DNA from: an uncultured Pelagibacteraceae bacterium
GTDB lineage: Bacteria; Pseudomonadota; Alphaproteobacteria; Pelagibacterales; Pelagibacteraceae
Direction of reading: 5' to 3'
DNA length: 64,000 bases
NCBI GenBank assembly: GCA_902553465.1
Contig: CACDKW010000001.1
Coordinates: 6,032-70,031, forward strand
In this document: in pieces, positions 1 through 9,151 of the stretch
How the letters are laid out: each line of letters begins with the position of its first letter
Numbering within the stretch: the first letter of the stretch is position 1
The notes under the pieces: model-generated
Database searches by the model: none
What the model was told of the DNA's origin: nothing
What the model saw: the letters and a program-made list of their open reading frames with translations, nothing else
Position numbers and translations under genes: made by a program

Positions 1-269
1 ATTCTAAAATTTTAGGAACAAAAACTCAAATAAGTCCTTTGTCTGGAAGTATTAAAAAACAGTCAGTTAAATTAACTGGTAAAGATGAAATAGAATTTAA
101 TGGTAAAAAAATTAAACTTATGCAATTTAAACTTAAATCAACTGAAGATTTACCAGATGATAAAAAATTAGATTTTGATATTTGGTTAGATCCGAATGAA
201 GGAATAATTTTTAAGGTAAAATATAACAGATTAGGTAGTTGGGAATATAGATTAAAAAATTATCAATAA
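1..269 (+). CDS. 3' part of hypothetical protein (DUF6134-like), truncated by window edge
   Basis: Frame is open from position 3 to TAA at 267-269; C-terminus FDIWLDP..IFKVKY..G.WEYRL resembles DUF6134 proteins. Confidence 0.55.
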   Translation, partial: SKILGTKTQISPLSGSIKKQSVKLTGKDEIEFNGKKIKLMQFKLKSTEDLPDDKKLDFDIWLDPNEGIIFKVKYNRLGSWEYRLKNYQ

Positions 270-270
270 G

Positions 271-564
271 TTAATTTAATATTCTTAAAAGTAATTGATT
301 CATAAAAGACATAAAAACTATAAAGGAAAGAAAGAAAACAAAATACATAAATGTGACTGCTCTATTTCTTTTTCTTCTTAGCAAAACAAATTTTTTATCA
401 TCTAAAAAAGAAACATCTCTCTTGCCAGCAACATGATAATCATAACTGTACCTCCACACAGACATTCCAAATCTTTTATCAAGCCGATTATAATATTTTA
501 TCCAGGCAACGGACCATCGGTATATTAAATATAAAATAAATAAAACTATAGTTGTTGTGAACAT
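271..564 (-). CDS. small two-TM hypothetical membrane protein
   Basis: 97 aa; hydrophobic N- and C-terminal segments flank a charged loop. Confidence 0.7.
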   Translation of the reverse strand: MFTTTIVLFILYLIYRWSVAWIKYYNRLDKRFGMSVWRYSYDYHVAGKRDVSFLDDKKFVLLRRKRNRAVTFMYFVFFLSFIVFMSFMNQLLLRILN

Positions 565-596
565 ATTAAATTTAAATTATATTAAAAATTAATCAT

Positions 597-1322
597 ATGT
601 CTATCTGGGGAAGTTTAATTGGAGGAATGATAGGTTTTTCATTAGGGGGACCTTTTGGAATGCTTTTAGGCTCTCTTGTTGGCGGAAAAATTTCTAGAGC
701 AAGATCTAGAGGAGGTTTTGGAGCTTTTGCTCAACCTCAGCAAATATTTGCCCTATCTTTAATTGTTTTGTCTGCAAAACTTAGTAAGGCAGACGGCAAT
801 GTTAGTCGTGAAGAATTGGTTGCCGTTAAAGACAAGCTTAAAATACCTGAAAATGAAATAGATCAAGTAGGAAAAATTTTCAATAAAGCCAAAGAAGAAA
901 GTACTGGATATGAACCATACGCTCAACAAATTGCCCAAATTTACAAAGGCAACATAAATGTATTAGAGGAGGTAATTAATGTTTTATTTTACATTGCAGA
1001 AGCAGATGGAAATGTAAGCTCATCAGAGCTAGCAATGATAGAGAATATATCTAAAATATTTGGTTTAACTCAGGTTCAATTTAATAGTGTTAGAGAGAGC
1101 AGAAAAGGATCCGACAAACTCAATCCTTATATTGTTTTAGAAAGTAATCCTGACGATGATCTTCAATCAATAAGAAAAAAATATCTTAAATTAAGTAAAG
1201 AAAATCACCCTGATTTATTAGTTAGCAAAGGAGTTCCTCAAGAAGTAATTGATGAAAGTAAGAATAAGATGAGAGCTATAAACTCAGCTTGGGACCAAAT
1301 TCAAAAATTAAAATCTAGTTAA
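597..1322 (+). CDS. djlA: DjlA-like co-chaperone (Gly-rich TM anchor, TerB-like domain, C-terminal J domain)
   Basis: [13 protein letters not shown] anchor; AKADG/AEADG TerB motifs; HPD motif (ENHPD). Confidence 0.88.
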   Translation: MSIWGSLIGGMIGFSLGGPFGMLLGSLVGGKISRARSRGGFGAFAQPQQIFALSLIVLSAKLSKADGNVSREELVAVKDKLKIPENEIDQVGKIFNKAKEESTGYEPYAQQIAQIYKGNINVLEEVINVLFYIAEADGNVSSSELAMIENISKIFGLTQVQFNSVRESRKGSDKLNPYIVLESNPDDDLQSIRKKYLKLSKENHPDLLVSKGVPQEVIDESKNKMRAINSAWDQIQKLKSS

Positions 1323-2593
1323 AACTGTTCAGATTCTGTTGAGCCGTCCATTGCAGTTGTAGAGCTTTTTCCTGAACTAATAGTGTTTGATACTGCATCA
1401 AAATAAGAAGTGCCAACTTCTCTTTGATGTTTAACACTAGTGTAGCCATCTTTTTCACGAGAAAATTCCTGTTGTTGAATTCTCGAATATGCAGTCATAC
1501 CTTCTTTTTTATATTTTTCTGCAAGTTCAAAAATTGCAATATTTTGAGTATGAAATCCAGCAAGAGTAATAAATTGAAATTTGTATCCCATTTTACTTAT
1601 TTCTTTTTGGAATGAAGCTATTTCTTCATCGGATAAATGTTTTTTCCAATTAAAAGAAGGAGAACAATTATATGCAAGAAGTTTTCCAGGAAACTGTTTA
1701 TGGATAGCATCGGCAAATTTTTTAGCTTCTTCAAGATTAGGAGTTGCAGTTTCACACCAAATTAAATCGGAGTATGGAGCATAAGCTAAGCCTCTTGAAA
1801 TAGCTTGATCGATTCCTGATTTAACATAATAGAATCCCTCAGGAGATCTTTCTCCTGTTAAAAAAGGTTTATCATTTTCGTCATGATCATTTGTAATTAG
1901 TTTTGCCGCATTTGCATCTGTTCTAGCTAAAATAATTAATGGAACATCTGCAATATCTGCCGCAAGTCTTGCAGCTTTTAAATTTTTTATCATTGTACTA
2001 GTTGGAACTAAAACTTTTCCACCCATATGGCCACATTTTTTTTCACTTGCTAATTGGTCTTCGAAATGAACACCTGCTGCCCCAGCTTTAATGAATTTTT
2101 TTGCAAGTTCAAAAACATTTAATGGTCCTCCAAATCCAGCTTCGCCGTCAGCAATTATAGGTAACATGTAATCAACTTTATTTTCTTTTTTCATATCACC
2201 ATCATGAATTTCCATATGTTGAATTTGATCTGCTCTAATTAGTGCATTATTCATTGATTCAACTAATTTTGGAGCACTATCGTATGGATATAAAGATTGA
2301 TCAGGATACATTTCGCCAGCACTGTTTGCGTCTGCTGCAACTTGCCACCCACTCAAATAAATTGCTTTTAATCCTGCTTTAGCATGTTGAACAGCGTGGT
2401 TTCCTGATAGAGAACCTAAAGTGTTTACATAAGGTTCTGAGTTAAGCAAATTCCATAATTTCATTGACTGCTGTTTACACAAAGAATACTCAATTTTAAT
2501 TGAACCTCTAAGTCTTTCTATTTCCTCAGGTTTATAATCACGCTTAATTCCTGTAAATCTTTTTAAGTCGTATGAAACGTTTTCTGCTGACAT
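1319..2593 (-). CDS. aceA: isocitrate lyase
   Basis: KKCGH catalytic motif; [27 protein letters not shown]; C-terminal STESEQF. Confidence 0.97.
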   Translation of the reverse strand: MSAENVSYDLKRFTGIKRDYKPEEIERLRGSIKIEYSLCKQQSMKLWNLLNSEPYVNTLGSLSGNHAVQHAKAGLKAIYLSGWQVAADANSAGEMYPDQSLYPYDSAPKLVESMNNALIRADQIQHMEIHDGDMKKENKVDYMLPIIADGEAGFGGPLNVFELAKKFIKAGAAGVHFEDQLASEKKCGHMGGKVLVPTSTMIKNLKAARLAADIADVPLIILARTDANAAKLITNDHDENDKPFLTGERSPEGFYYVKSGIDQAISRGLAYAPYSDLIWCETATPNLEEAKKFADAIHKQFPGKLLAYNCSPSFNWKKHLSDEEIASFQKEISKMGYKFQFITLAGFHTQNIAIFELAEKYKKEGMTAYSRIQQQEFSREKDGYTSVKHQREVGTSYFDAVSNTISSGKSSTTAMDGSTESEQF

Positions 2594-2639
2594 TTTAATT
2601 TTGCCTTTTTTTTGATTTTATTAGCTAGAGGGTTAAAAA

Positions 2640-2804
2640 TTAACTATTATCACCGTATTGCTCAGTGAATTCATTCATGCCGCTTGATCCCCAGTCGCAA
2701 TGGTCATCCCTTAGATATATAGGTTTGCTTTTGTATTCAGAACAATCTTGATGATTAGTAATCTGTAAGCTCTTTTCGTTAATATTTGTTAATTTTTTAT
2801 CCAT
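2640..2804 (-). CDS. small 54-aa ORF upstream of aceA (not in ORF track)
   Basis: Hand translation ATG(2804)..TAA(2640): MDKKLTNINEKSLQITNHQDCSEYKSKPIYLRDDHCDWGSSGMNEFTEQYGDNS; fills an otherwise unusually long spacer. Confidence 0.6.
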   Translation of the reverse strand: MDKKLTNINEKSLQITNHQDCSEYKSKPIYLRDDHCDWGSSGMNEFTEQYGDNS

Positions 2805-2826
2805 GTAAACTTATTAATTGACAATA

Positions 2827-2907
2827 TTTACAAATTCAATAAAAAATGCTAATAATATTGTAAATAAAGGAAATTTTTTGTAAATTATAATTTACAAAGT
2901 TTACAAA
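2827..2907. promoter_or_regulatory. putative ScfR/RamB operator array
   Basis: Perfect 22-bp palindrome TTTGTAAATTATAATTTACAAA (2877-2898), plus TTTACAAA at 2827 and 2900 and ATTGTAAA at 2857; resembles TTTGCAAA boxes of RamB/PccR. Confidence 0.65.
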
Positions 2908-2915
2908 TAGTAAAA

Positions 2916-4340
2916 ATGAGTCAAATAGATCTAAAAATTGGTCCAAAAATAAAAGGTTTTAGACGTCAATTAGGTATTCAGGCAAATAAGTTAGCTGAAA
3001 AACTTAATATTTCACCTAGCTATTTAACTTTGATTGAGGGTGGAAAAAGAAAAATTGATGCTGATTTACTTTTAAAAATTTGCCAGGAATTAAAAATTGA
3101 AGTCTCTGATTTAGCTATCAAATCTGATTTAAATTTAGCAAATAATATATCAGAATTACTTGATGATAAATTATTTGATGATTTAGATATTTTAGGTCCT
3201 GAAGTAAAAGATTTGGCCAATACTAATCCAAAAATTGGTAGAGCCTTGATCAGGCTTGGGGATATTTTAAAAAAAAAAGATCATGAACTAGTCAATAAAA
3301 TTGAAAAATTATCAGGAAAGATTGTAGATAGTAGAAAGAGTTCATTTCCTGGGGAAGTTATATCTGACTTTTTACAAGAAAATAAAAATTATTTCCCAAA
3401 ATTAGAAGATTTTGCAAATAAAATATTTGATAGAGTAAAACAAAATAACAGAACTAGATATATATCTCTTTGTAAATTTTTAAATTCAGAATATGGCATT
3501 ACAGTTAAAGACATAATTCCTGAAGATGGAAAACCATTTTCAAAAATTTTTAACAAAAAAAACAAAGAACTTATATTGTCAGATTATCTTTCTCTAGAAA
3601 CAAAAAAACTACATGCTGCAGCACAAATTGTTCAGGAAGGGGCAATAGATGAGATTAATAGACTTCTTGAAACTTTCAATTTTCCATCAGAAGAATCTAA
3701 AAAATTAACTAAAGTAGCTTTATTAAATTATTGTGGAGCAGCAATTTTAATGCCTTATAAACTTTTTCATTCTGAATGTAAAAAATTAAAATACGATTTA
3801 GAATTATTACAAAATACATTTGCAACATCATTCGAGCAAGTTACTCACAGAGTCACGTGTTTAAATGATCCAAACTTACCTGGTGTACCTTTCCATTTTT
3901 TAAGAGTAGATGTTGCAGGAAATATTTCAAAAAGATTTTCTTTATCAGGCATAGAAATTCCAAGATACGGTGGTGCTTGTCCAAGATGGAACGTTTATTC
4001 AGCATTTTCCAGACCAGGTGTAATTCAAGCTGCTGTAAGCAAAATGACAAATGGGGAAAAATATGTCTGTATTGCTAGAACTGTTGAAAAAGGTATTGGA
4101 AGATATGGACAAAAAAAAAGTATGTTATCAATTGGACTAGGATGTGAAGCAAAATATGCTAAAGATTTTGTTTATACAGAAAATTTAGATATTCATGATA
4201 AAAAATCGGAAATTCCAGTTGGAGTATCTTGTAGAACTTGTGATAGATTGGATTGCTCTCAAAGAGCATTCCCTCCTTTACACAAAAAATTTGATGTAGA
4301 CATAAATAATAGAGGAGTTTCTGTTTATGTTAATGATTAA
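2916..4340 (+). CDS. ramB: short-chain fatty acyl-CoA regulator (ScfR/RamB family; XRE HTH + C-terminal sensory domains)
   Basis: N-terminal XRE HTH; GACPRW and CRTCDRLDCSQRAFP motifs; divergent from aceA. Confidence 0.88.
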   Translation: MSQIDLKIGPKIKGFRRQLGIQANKLAEKLNISPSYLTLIEGGKRKIDADLLLKICQELKIEVSDLAIKSDLNLANNISELLDDKLFDDLDILGPEVKDLANTNPKIGRALIRLGDILKKKDHELVNKIEKLSGKIVDSRKSSFPGEVISDFLQENKNYFPKLEDFANKIFDRVKQNNRTRYISLCKFLNSEYGITVKDIIPEDGKPFSKIFNKKNKELILSDYLSLETKKLHAAAQIVQEGAIDEINRLLETFNFPSEESKKLTKVALLNYCGAAILMPYKLFHSECKKLKYDLELLQNTFATSFEQVTHRVTCLNDPNLPGVPFHFLRVDVAGNISKRFSLSGIEIPRYGGACPRWNVYSAFSRPGVIQAAVSKMTNGEKYVCIARTVEKGIGRYGQKKSMLSIGLGCEAKYAKDFVYTENLDIHDKKSEIPVGVSCRTCDRLDCSQRAFPPLHKKFDVDINNRGVSVYVND

Positions 4341-4351
4341 AAATTAAGCTT

Positions 4352-5524
4352 TTAATTATCTTTTTTTGATCTCTCTCTTTCAAGTAATTGCGTAAGAGAG
4401 TCTACCATCATATCAGAGGCTTTAAATATTTCGCTAGGTTTGTATTCGTTTGAAATATTTTTTTCTGGATTCGATTTATCTTCAATAACAATTCCTTTGT
4501 CAGGGGAATTATCCTTGATATAAATTAATATTAACCATTCATCATCTGGAACCTCATCCCATTTAATATAGACTTCTCCATTTTCAAATCTTCTATCGAT
4601 GCATCTAAAAATAGACATATGTCTTGTAATATGTCTCTTGTTAAGCTGAAAAACTAAGCTGTTTGCACTCCTATAAAAACTTTCTAAAGCGTTTTCAATT
4701 TTTTGTCTTTCTAAAGTAAAATTTTTCTCTTTTTGAAGTAAAGTTTCTCTATCATCGCCTTCTTGCACTTGTACACCAAGAGCTTCGACTCTTTCTTTGA
4801 TTTTTTGATCTCTAATTAATTGGTATTTTTGTTTAAGTTTATCTATTCTTTCTTGAAGTTCTGAATAATCATCTCTTTTTTCTTTTAATGAAATTTTTTC
4901 TAATTTTTCTAATTCTTTAATTTCTCTTATTCTAAATTTTTCTATTTGCTTTTCGATTTTAAGCTCTTGTAAAAATCTTTTTTGTCTTTCAGCTTGTTCT
5001 TTTCTTACTATTGCCTGCTCTTCTCTTAAAAATTTTTTTAAATCTTTATTTCTTTCTCTTTCTAATTTTCTTTCTTCTTTTAATTCTTTTTCTTTAAGCT
5101 TTAAGATTACCTTTTCTGTGTGAATTTTGTGTTCTTCTTCTTCTCTTTTCTTTCTTTCTTGCTTTTCAAACTCTTCAACCTTCAACCTTTGTTTTTCTTC
5201 TGATCTTAATTTTTTAAATTCTTGAATTTTATTTTCTATTTTTTGAAAAAATCCTTGTATTGCCCTATCTATTTTGAAAAAATCTATATTAATTTTAATG
5301 TTTGGTTTTAACTTTTGTTGAAATCTAATAACATTTAATAAAAAACTTTTTCTAGATTTATTTTTATAAATACTATTTCTTAAAAGTTTAGTTTTTTTAA
5401 TAAAATTTCTTTTTTTTATTTTTTTTTTGATTTTACTTTTATTTGATTTTCTTATAGCTGATCTTTTTCTAATTTTTTTTTTAGCTATTCTGATTTTTTT
5501 TTTATTTTTTTTCTTTTTTTTCAT
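4352..5524 (-). CDS. hypothetical protein with Lys/Arg-rich N-terminus, long coiled coil and globular C-terminus
   Basis: 390-aa open frame; K/E/R-rich heptad-like middle. Confidence 0.75.
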   Translation of the reverse strand: MKKKKKNKKKIRIAKKKIRKRSAIRKSNKSKIKKKIKKRNFIKKTKLLRNSIYKNKSRKSFLLNVIRFQQKLKPNIKINIDFFKIDRAIQGFFQKIENKIQEFKKLRSEEKQRLKVEEFEKQERKKREEEEHKIHTEKVILKLKEKELKEERKLERERNKDLKKFLREEQAIVRKEQAERQKRFLQELKIEKQIEKFRIREIKELEKLEKISLKEKRDDYSELQERIDKLKQKYQLIRDQKIKERVEALGVQVQEGDDRETLLQKEKNFTLERQKIENALESFYRSANSLVFQLNKRHITRHMSIFRCIDRRFENGEVYIKWDEVPDDEWLILIYIKDNSPDKGIVIEDKSNPEKNISNEYKPSEIFKASDMMVDSLTQLLERERSKKDN

Positions 5525-5554
5525 TTGGATTGTTTATGATTTATCAATAAACAA

Positions 5555-6742
5555 TTAATAAATATAGTCTCTTGTTATGGGCGTTGCTTTAAATTTTTTT
5601 GTTAATTGAAATTGAAATACAACCTGGTCGCTCCATTTAAAGGCCATTTCACACCCAACTAAGTAAAATTCCCACATTCTAAAAAACTTTTCATCAAACA
5701 TATCTAAAACTTGTCCTTTTTTACTTATAAATCTTTCTTTCCAATGTCTTAAAGTATGTTCATAATGATTTCTCAAAACCTCTAAATCAGAGATAATTAA
5801 ACCAGATTTTTCAATTGGCAAAGAAACTTCGCTTAGACTTGGAGTGTAGCCACCTGGAAATATATATTTTGTAATCCAAGGCTGAGATCCTCTTGGAGGA
5901 TTTACTGAGCCGATTGTATGAATCAATGCAACACCATCTTCATTTAAAAAATTGAAAACTTTATTAAAGTACTTACTGTAAAATTTTCTACCCACATGTT
6001 CAAACATTCCAACACTTACAACACGATCAAATTTTTCATTAATCTGCCTATAATCAGCAAGTCTAAACTCTACTTGATTTTCTAAATTCATTTCTTTAGC
6101 TTTTTGCTTTGCATATTTTAATTGATTTTCAGATAGAGTAATTCCAACAACTTCACATTGAGTTTTTTTTGCTATATCGAGAGCTAAAGTTCCCCAACCA
6201 CATCCTATATCTAGAATTTTTTGATTAGGTTTAAGATTTAATTTTTTAATTATATGATCAATCTTATTATTTTGTGCTACTTCTAATGTGTCATTTTCAT
6301 TTTTAAAATAAGCACATGAATATTGTCTTTTTTCATCTAAAAATAAATCATAAAACTTCTCTGAAATATCATAATGATGCGCAACGTTTGCTTTTGATTT
6401 TCCAATCAAATTAAAGTTTGTTATATATCTATAAACTCTTCTAAATCTTGATAGTATATTTGTTATTTTATTGGTTGGATCTCTACCAATATTTTTTATA
6501 GCAATATCTAAAAAATCAGTCAATGAACCATTTTCAATTACAATTGATCCATTCATATATCCTTCACCTAAATATAAGTCTGGATTTATTAAAAGTTTCC
6601 AATGTAATGATTTATCTAAAATTTTAAGCCTTATTGGTTTTTCTTTTTTTGGTCTTCCAATTATATAAGATTTATTGTTTGCATCTAATAATTCAAACCC
6701 ATCATCCTTAATTAATAATCTTAAAAAATTCAATAATTTCAT
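5555..6742 (-). CDS. cfa: cyclopropane-fatty-acyl-phospholipid synthase family methyltransferase
   Basis: NVAHHYD, YSCAYF, LDIGCGWG, SVGMFEHVG, YIFPGG. Confidence 0.92.
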   Translation of the reverse strand: MKLLNFLRLLIKDDGFELLDANNKSYIIGRPKKEKPIRLKILDKSLHWKLLINPDLYLGEGYMNGSIVIENGSLTDFLDIAIKNIGRDPTNKITNILSRFRRVYRYITNFNLIGKSKANVAHHYDISEKFYDLFLDEKRQYSCAYFKNENDTLEVAQNNKIDHIIKKLNLKPNQKILDIGCGWGTLALDIAKKTQCEVVGITLSENQLKYAKQKAKEMNLENQVEFRLADYRQINEKFDRVVSVGMFEHVGRKFYSKYFNKVFNFLNEDGVALIHTIGSVNPPRGSQPWITKYIFPGGYTPSLSEVSLPIEKSGLIISDLEVLRNHYEHTLRHWKERFISKKGQVLDMFDEKFFRMWEFYLVGCEMAFKWSDQVVFQFQLTKKFKATPITRDYIY

Positions 6743-6755
6743 CTAAGCTATTTTT

Positions 6756-7628
6756 TTAATTTTTATAATTAAAATCTATTTTTTTTAATTCTTCAATTAA
6801 TTTTTGGCAGTCTTTTTTATTAAGAAGGCTTAGTGGGGGTAAAATATTGCTATAAGATTTATCTATTTGTGTCATTAAAGAGTGAATTGCTGATATTAAA
6901 TTATATCCATCAAAAACAGTTCTAACTTTGCAAAGTTTTTCATTTGCACTTTGATCTTTATTTTGAATAAAATCGTCATAAACTTTTCTTGCTAAAGTTG
7001 CAGTTATATTGCATGTTGCCGTTATTATTCCATCACAACCTAATTCAAGTCCTTTAAGCAATTTATTTTCTGAGCCAGGTAATACTGAAAAATTATCAAT
7101 CTTTAAATTTTCGAATAGATTATATGAACTATCTTTAACTCCAATTATTTGTTTGGGAAATTCTTGAGTCAAATCTTCTATGCAATTTATACTAAACTTA
7201 TATCCACTCAATTTTTCAAAATTATATAAAATAATCTCTGCGTTGGGTACTCTTTCAACAATTTTTGAATAAAAACTAAATGCTTCTTTATCTCCATACT
7301 TATAATAAGCAGGTGGCATTATTAAAAATTTCTTGAAATTTAAAGATGTGGCTACTCTCATTAAGTTTATAGTTTCAACTAATGAATTTAATCCTGTTCC
7401 AATTATAAAATTATCTTTATTCTTATGAGTTGAAATTGAGTTTAATAAATTAATTTTTTCGCTAACTGGAATCAGTTGAGCCTGTCCGGTACTTCCAAAA
7501 AAAGCAACTCCATGACAACCTTGGTTTATTATTTTTTCAGCATGAAGAATGGTTTTTTGAATATTTAGTGATAAATCCTCATTTAAAATAGATAATGTGG
7601 CCGCATAAATGCCTTTAATTTTGCTCAT
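6756..7628 (-). CDS. dihydrodipicolinate synthase/N-acetylneuraminate lyase family aldolase
   Basis: GSTGQ, ILYNF, GVKDS (Schiff-base Lys). Confidence 0.85.
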   Translation of the reverse strand: MSKIKGIYAATLSILNEDLSLNIQKTILHAEKIINQGCHGVAFFGSTGQAQLIPVSEKINLLNSISTHKNKDNFIIGTGLNSLVETINLMRVATSLNFKKFLIMPPAYYKYGDKEAFSFYSKIVERVPNAEIILYNFEKLSGYKFSINCIEDLTQEFPKQIIGVKDSSYNLFENLKIDNFSVLPGSENKLLKGLELGCDGIITATCNITATLARKVYDDFIQNKDQSANEKLCKVRTVFDGYNLISAIHSLMTQIDKSYSNILPPLSLLNKKDCQKLIEELKKIDFNYKN

Positions 7629-7679
7629 AAATAAAATTTATATAAAAAATAAATATAGTAAAGATTATAAAGCACAGAA

Positions 7680-8639
7680 ATGAAAATATTAGCTATACAA
7701 AATAGAATGGGTATTGGAGATATGGTAATTTTTTTACCGTTTATTGAAGCAATTTCAAAAAAATTTAATTCAAAAGTTAGTATTTTAGTTAAAGAAAATT
7801 CTAAAGCTTCAGAATATTTAGAAAAAAATAAGTATATTGAAAAAATTTTAATTCTTGAGAGAAATAATAAAAATAGTCATCACGATGGAATAATTGGTTC
7901 ATTTAATCTTGCTAATGAACTAAAAAAACATAACTTTGAAAAAGTTTTTATATTTAATTCATCATTAAGATTTCTTTTAATATGTAAAATAGCAGGTATA
8001 AAAGAAATTTTTCAGTACCAATTATTTCAAAAAAAACAACAGCACTTAATTAAAACTGCACAAAGTTTTATAAAAAAAGAATTAGACTTAGATATTGATA
8101 GTAATCCAATAATTGAGCTGGAAAATTCTTTAATAGAAAATGCTAAAAAAAAATATAATATAAAATCAAACCAAATTAATATACTCCTAGGAATTGGAGG
8201 ATCTGGACCAACTAAGAGAATTCCTGCTTATAAATTCTTAAACTTTATGAAAATGTCTGCTAAAGAATATGACTGTAAATTTTTTTTAGCAACAGGTTCA
8301 AATGATGAAGAAAAAAATATTTTAAACGAAATCTTAAATTCTGAATTTAAACAAAGATGTGTAGCGCTAGATAAAATCAAAATTAAAGAGACTCTTCCAA
8401 TAATCAAAAATTGTACTATCGCAGTCTGTAACGACTCGAGTTTCAGTCATCTGTCTGCAGCTTTAGATATACCCACAATTGTACTACTATCAGATACTCC
8501 TTTAATGTATGGATCCTACAGCCCTAACATGTATCCTATAATCCCGGATGGAGAAGAAACAGTTACACATAATACTTTAGGCAAAGAAAAAATAAATCCT
8601 GAAAAGATATTTAAAATATTTAAAGAAATTTTAAATTAA
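7680..8639 (+). CDS. glycosyltransferase family 9 (LPS heptosyltransferase-like)
   Basis: GIGDMV N-terminal motif; NDSSFSHLSAALDIP motif. Confidence 0.88.
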   Translation: MKILAIQNRMGIGDMVIFLPFIEAISKKFNSKVSILVKENSKASEYLEKNKYIEKILILERNNKNSHHDGIIGSFNLANELKKHNFEKVFIFNSSLRFLLICKIAGIKEIFQYQLFQKKQQHLIKTAQSFIKKELDLDIDSNPIIELENSLIENAKKKYNIKSNQINILLGIGGSGPTKRIPAYKFLNFMKMSAKEYDCKFFLATGSNDEEKNILNEILNSEFKQRCVALDKIKIKETLPIIKNCTIAVCNDSSFSHLSAALDIPTIVLLSDTPLMYGSYSPNMYPIIPDGEETVTHNTLGKEKINPEKIFKIFKEILN

Positions 8640-9136
8640 CTTAAATCTTTTAATACAACTTCTTTAGCCTCGTTAACAATTGATGATAATCGAGAAGTTT
8701 CTGGAGAAATATCAGGATGAATTTTTTTTTGAATTTTTAAATATGCTTTTTGAACATCCTCTTTTGTAATTTTATTATTTCTATCTAAATTTAATATTTT
8801 ATAAGCTTCTTCAACAGATAATGTTGACAAATTTGAATTATTTTTATTGAAAGAAAATCTTCCTGAATTTCTCAATGTTTGAATTAACCTATATAAACCT
8901 ATTAGTTGGTACAAAGTTAAACCTTTAAGCTTAATTACTCCAAGACTTAAAAGTATCAAAGGAAGAGAAAATAAAAACCTTCCTCCAAAAGCAAATAACA
9001 AAGCTAGTAATATAGAGATTATAAAAATAACAAAACGTACAGTTTTTGAAATTTTTTTTGCTGAAGCACTTGCAATTATCCTTAGCAAAATATAACTAAC
9101 AACTAAAATAACAAGTGCATAAATTATAATGTTCAT
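8636..9136 (-). CDS. membrane-anchored J-domain protein (Pam18/Tim14-like)
   Basis: N-terminal TM helices; EEAYKILNL...IHPD...IVNEAKEV. Confidence 0.82.
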   Translation of the reverse strand: MNIIIYALVILVVSYILLRIIASASAKKISKTVRFVIFIISILLALLFAFGGRFLFSLPLILLSLGVIKLKGLTLYQLIGLYRLIQTLRNSGRFSFNKNNSNLSTLSVEEAYKILNLDRNNKITKEDVQKAYLKIQKKIHPDISPETSRLSSIVNEAKEVVLKDLS

Positions 9137-9151
9137 ATATCAAAGTTTTTA

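Noticed and set aside
1424-1784. Short plus-strand ORFs antisense to aceA, and similar 60-130 aa ORFs inside ramB, cfa, the permeases, xdhAB, ahcY, chvG, pyrD, lysS, hisC, sucB and atpA
   Set aside because: They lie within well-supported genes, mostly on the opposite strand, and show no motifs; expected shadow ORFs
5400-5524. Long poly-T tracts suggesting phase variation or sequencing error
   Set aside because: Explained by AAA Lys codons on the minus strand; frame stays open
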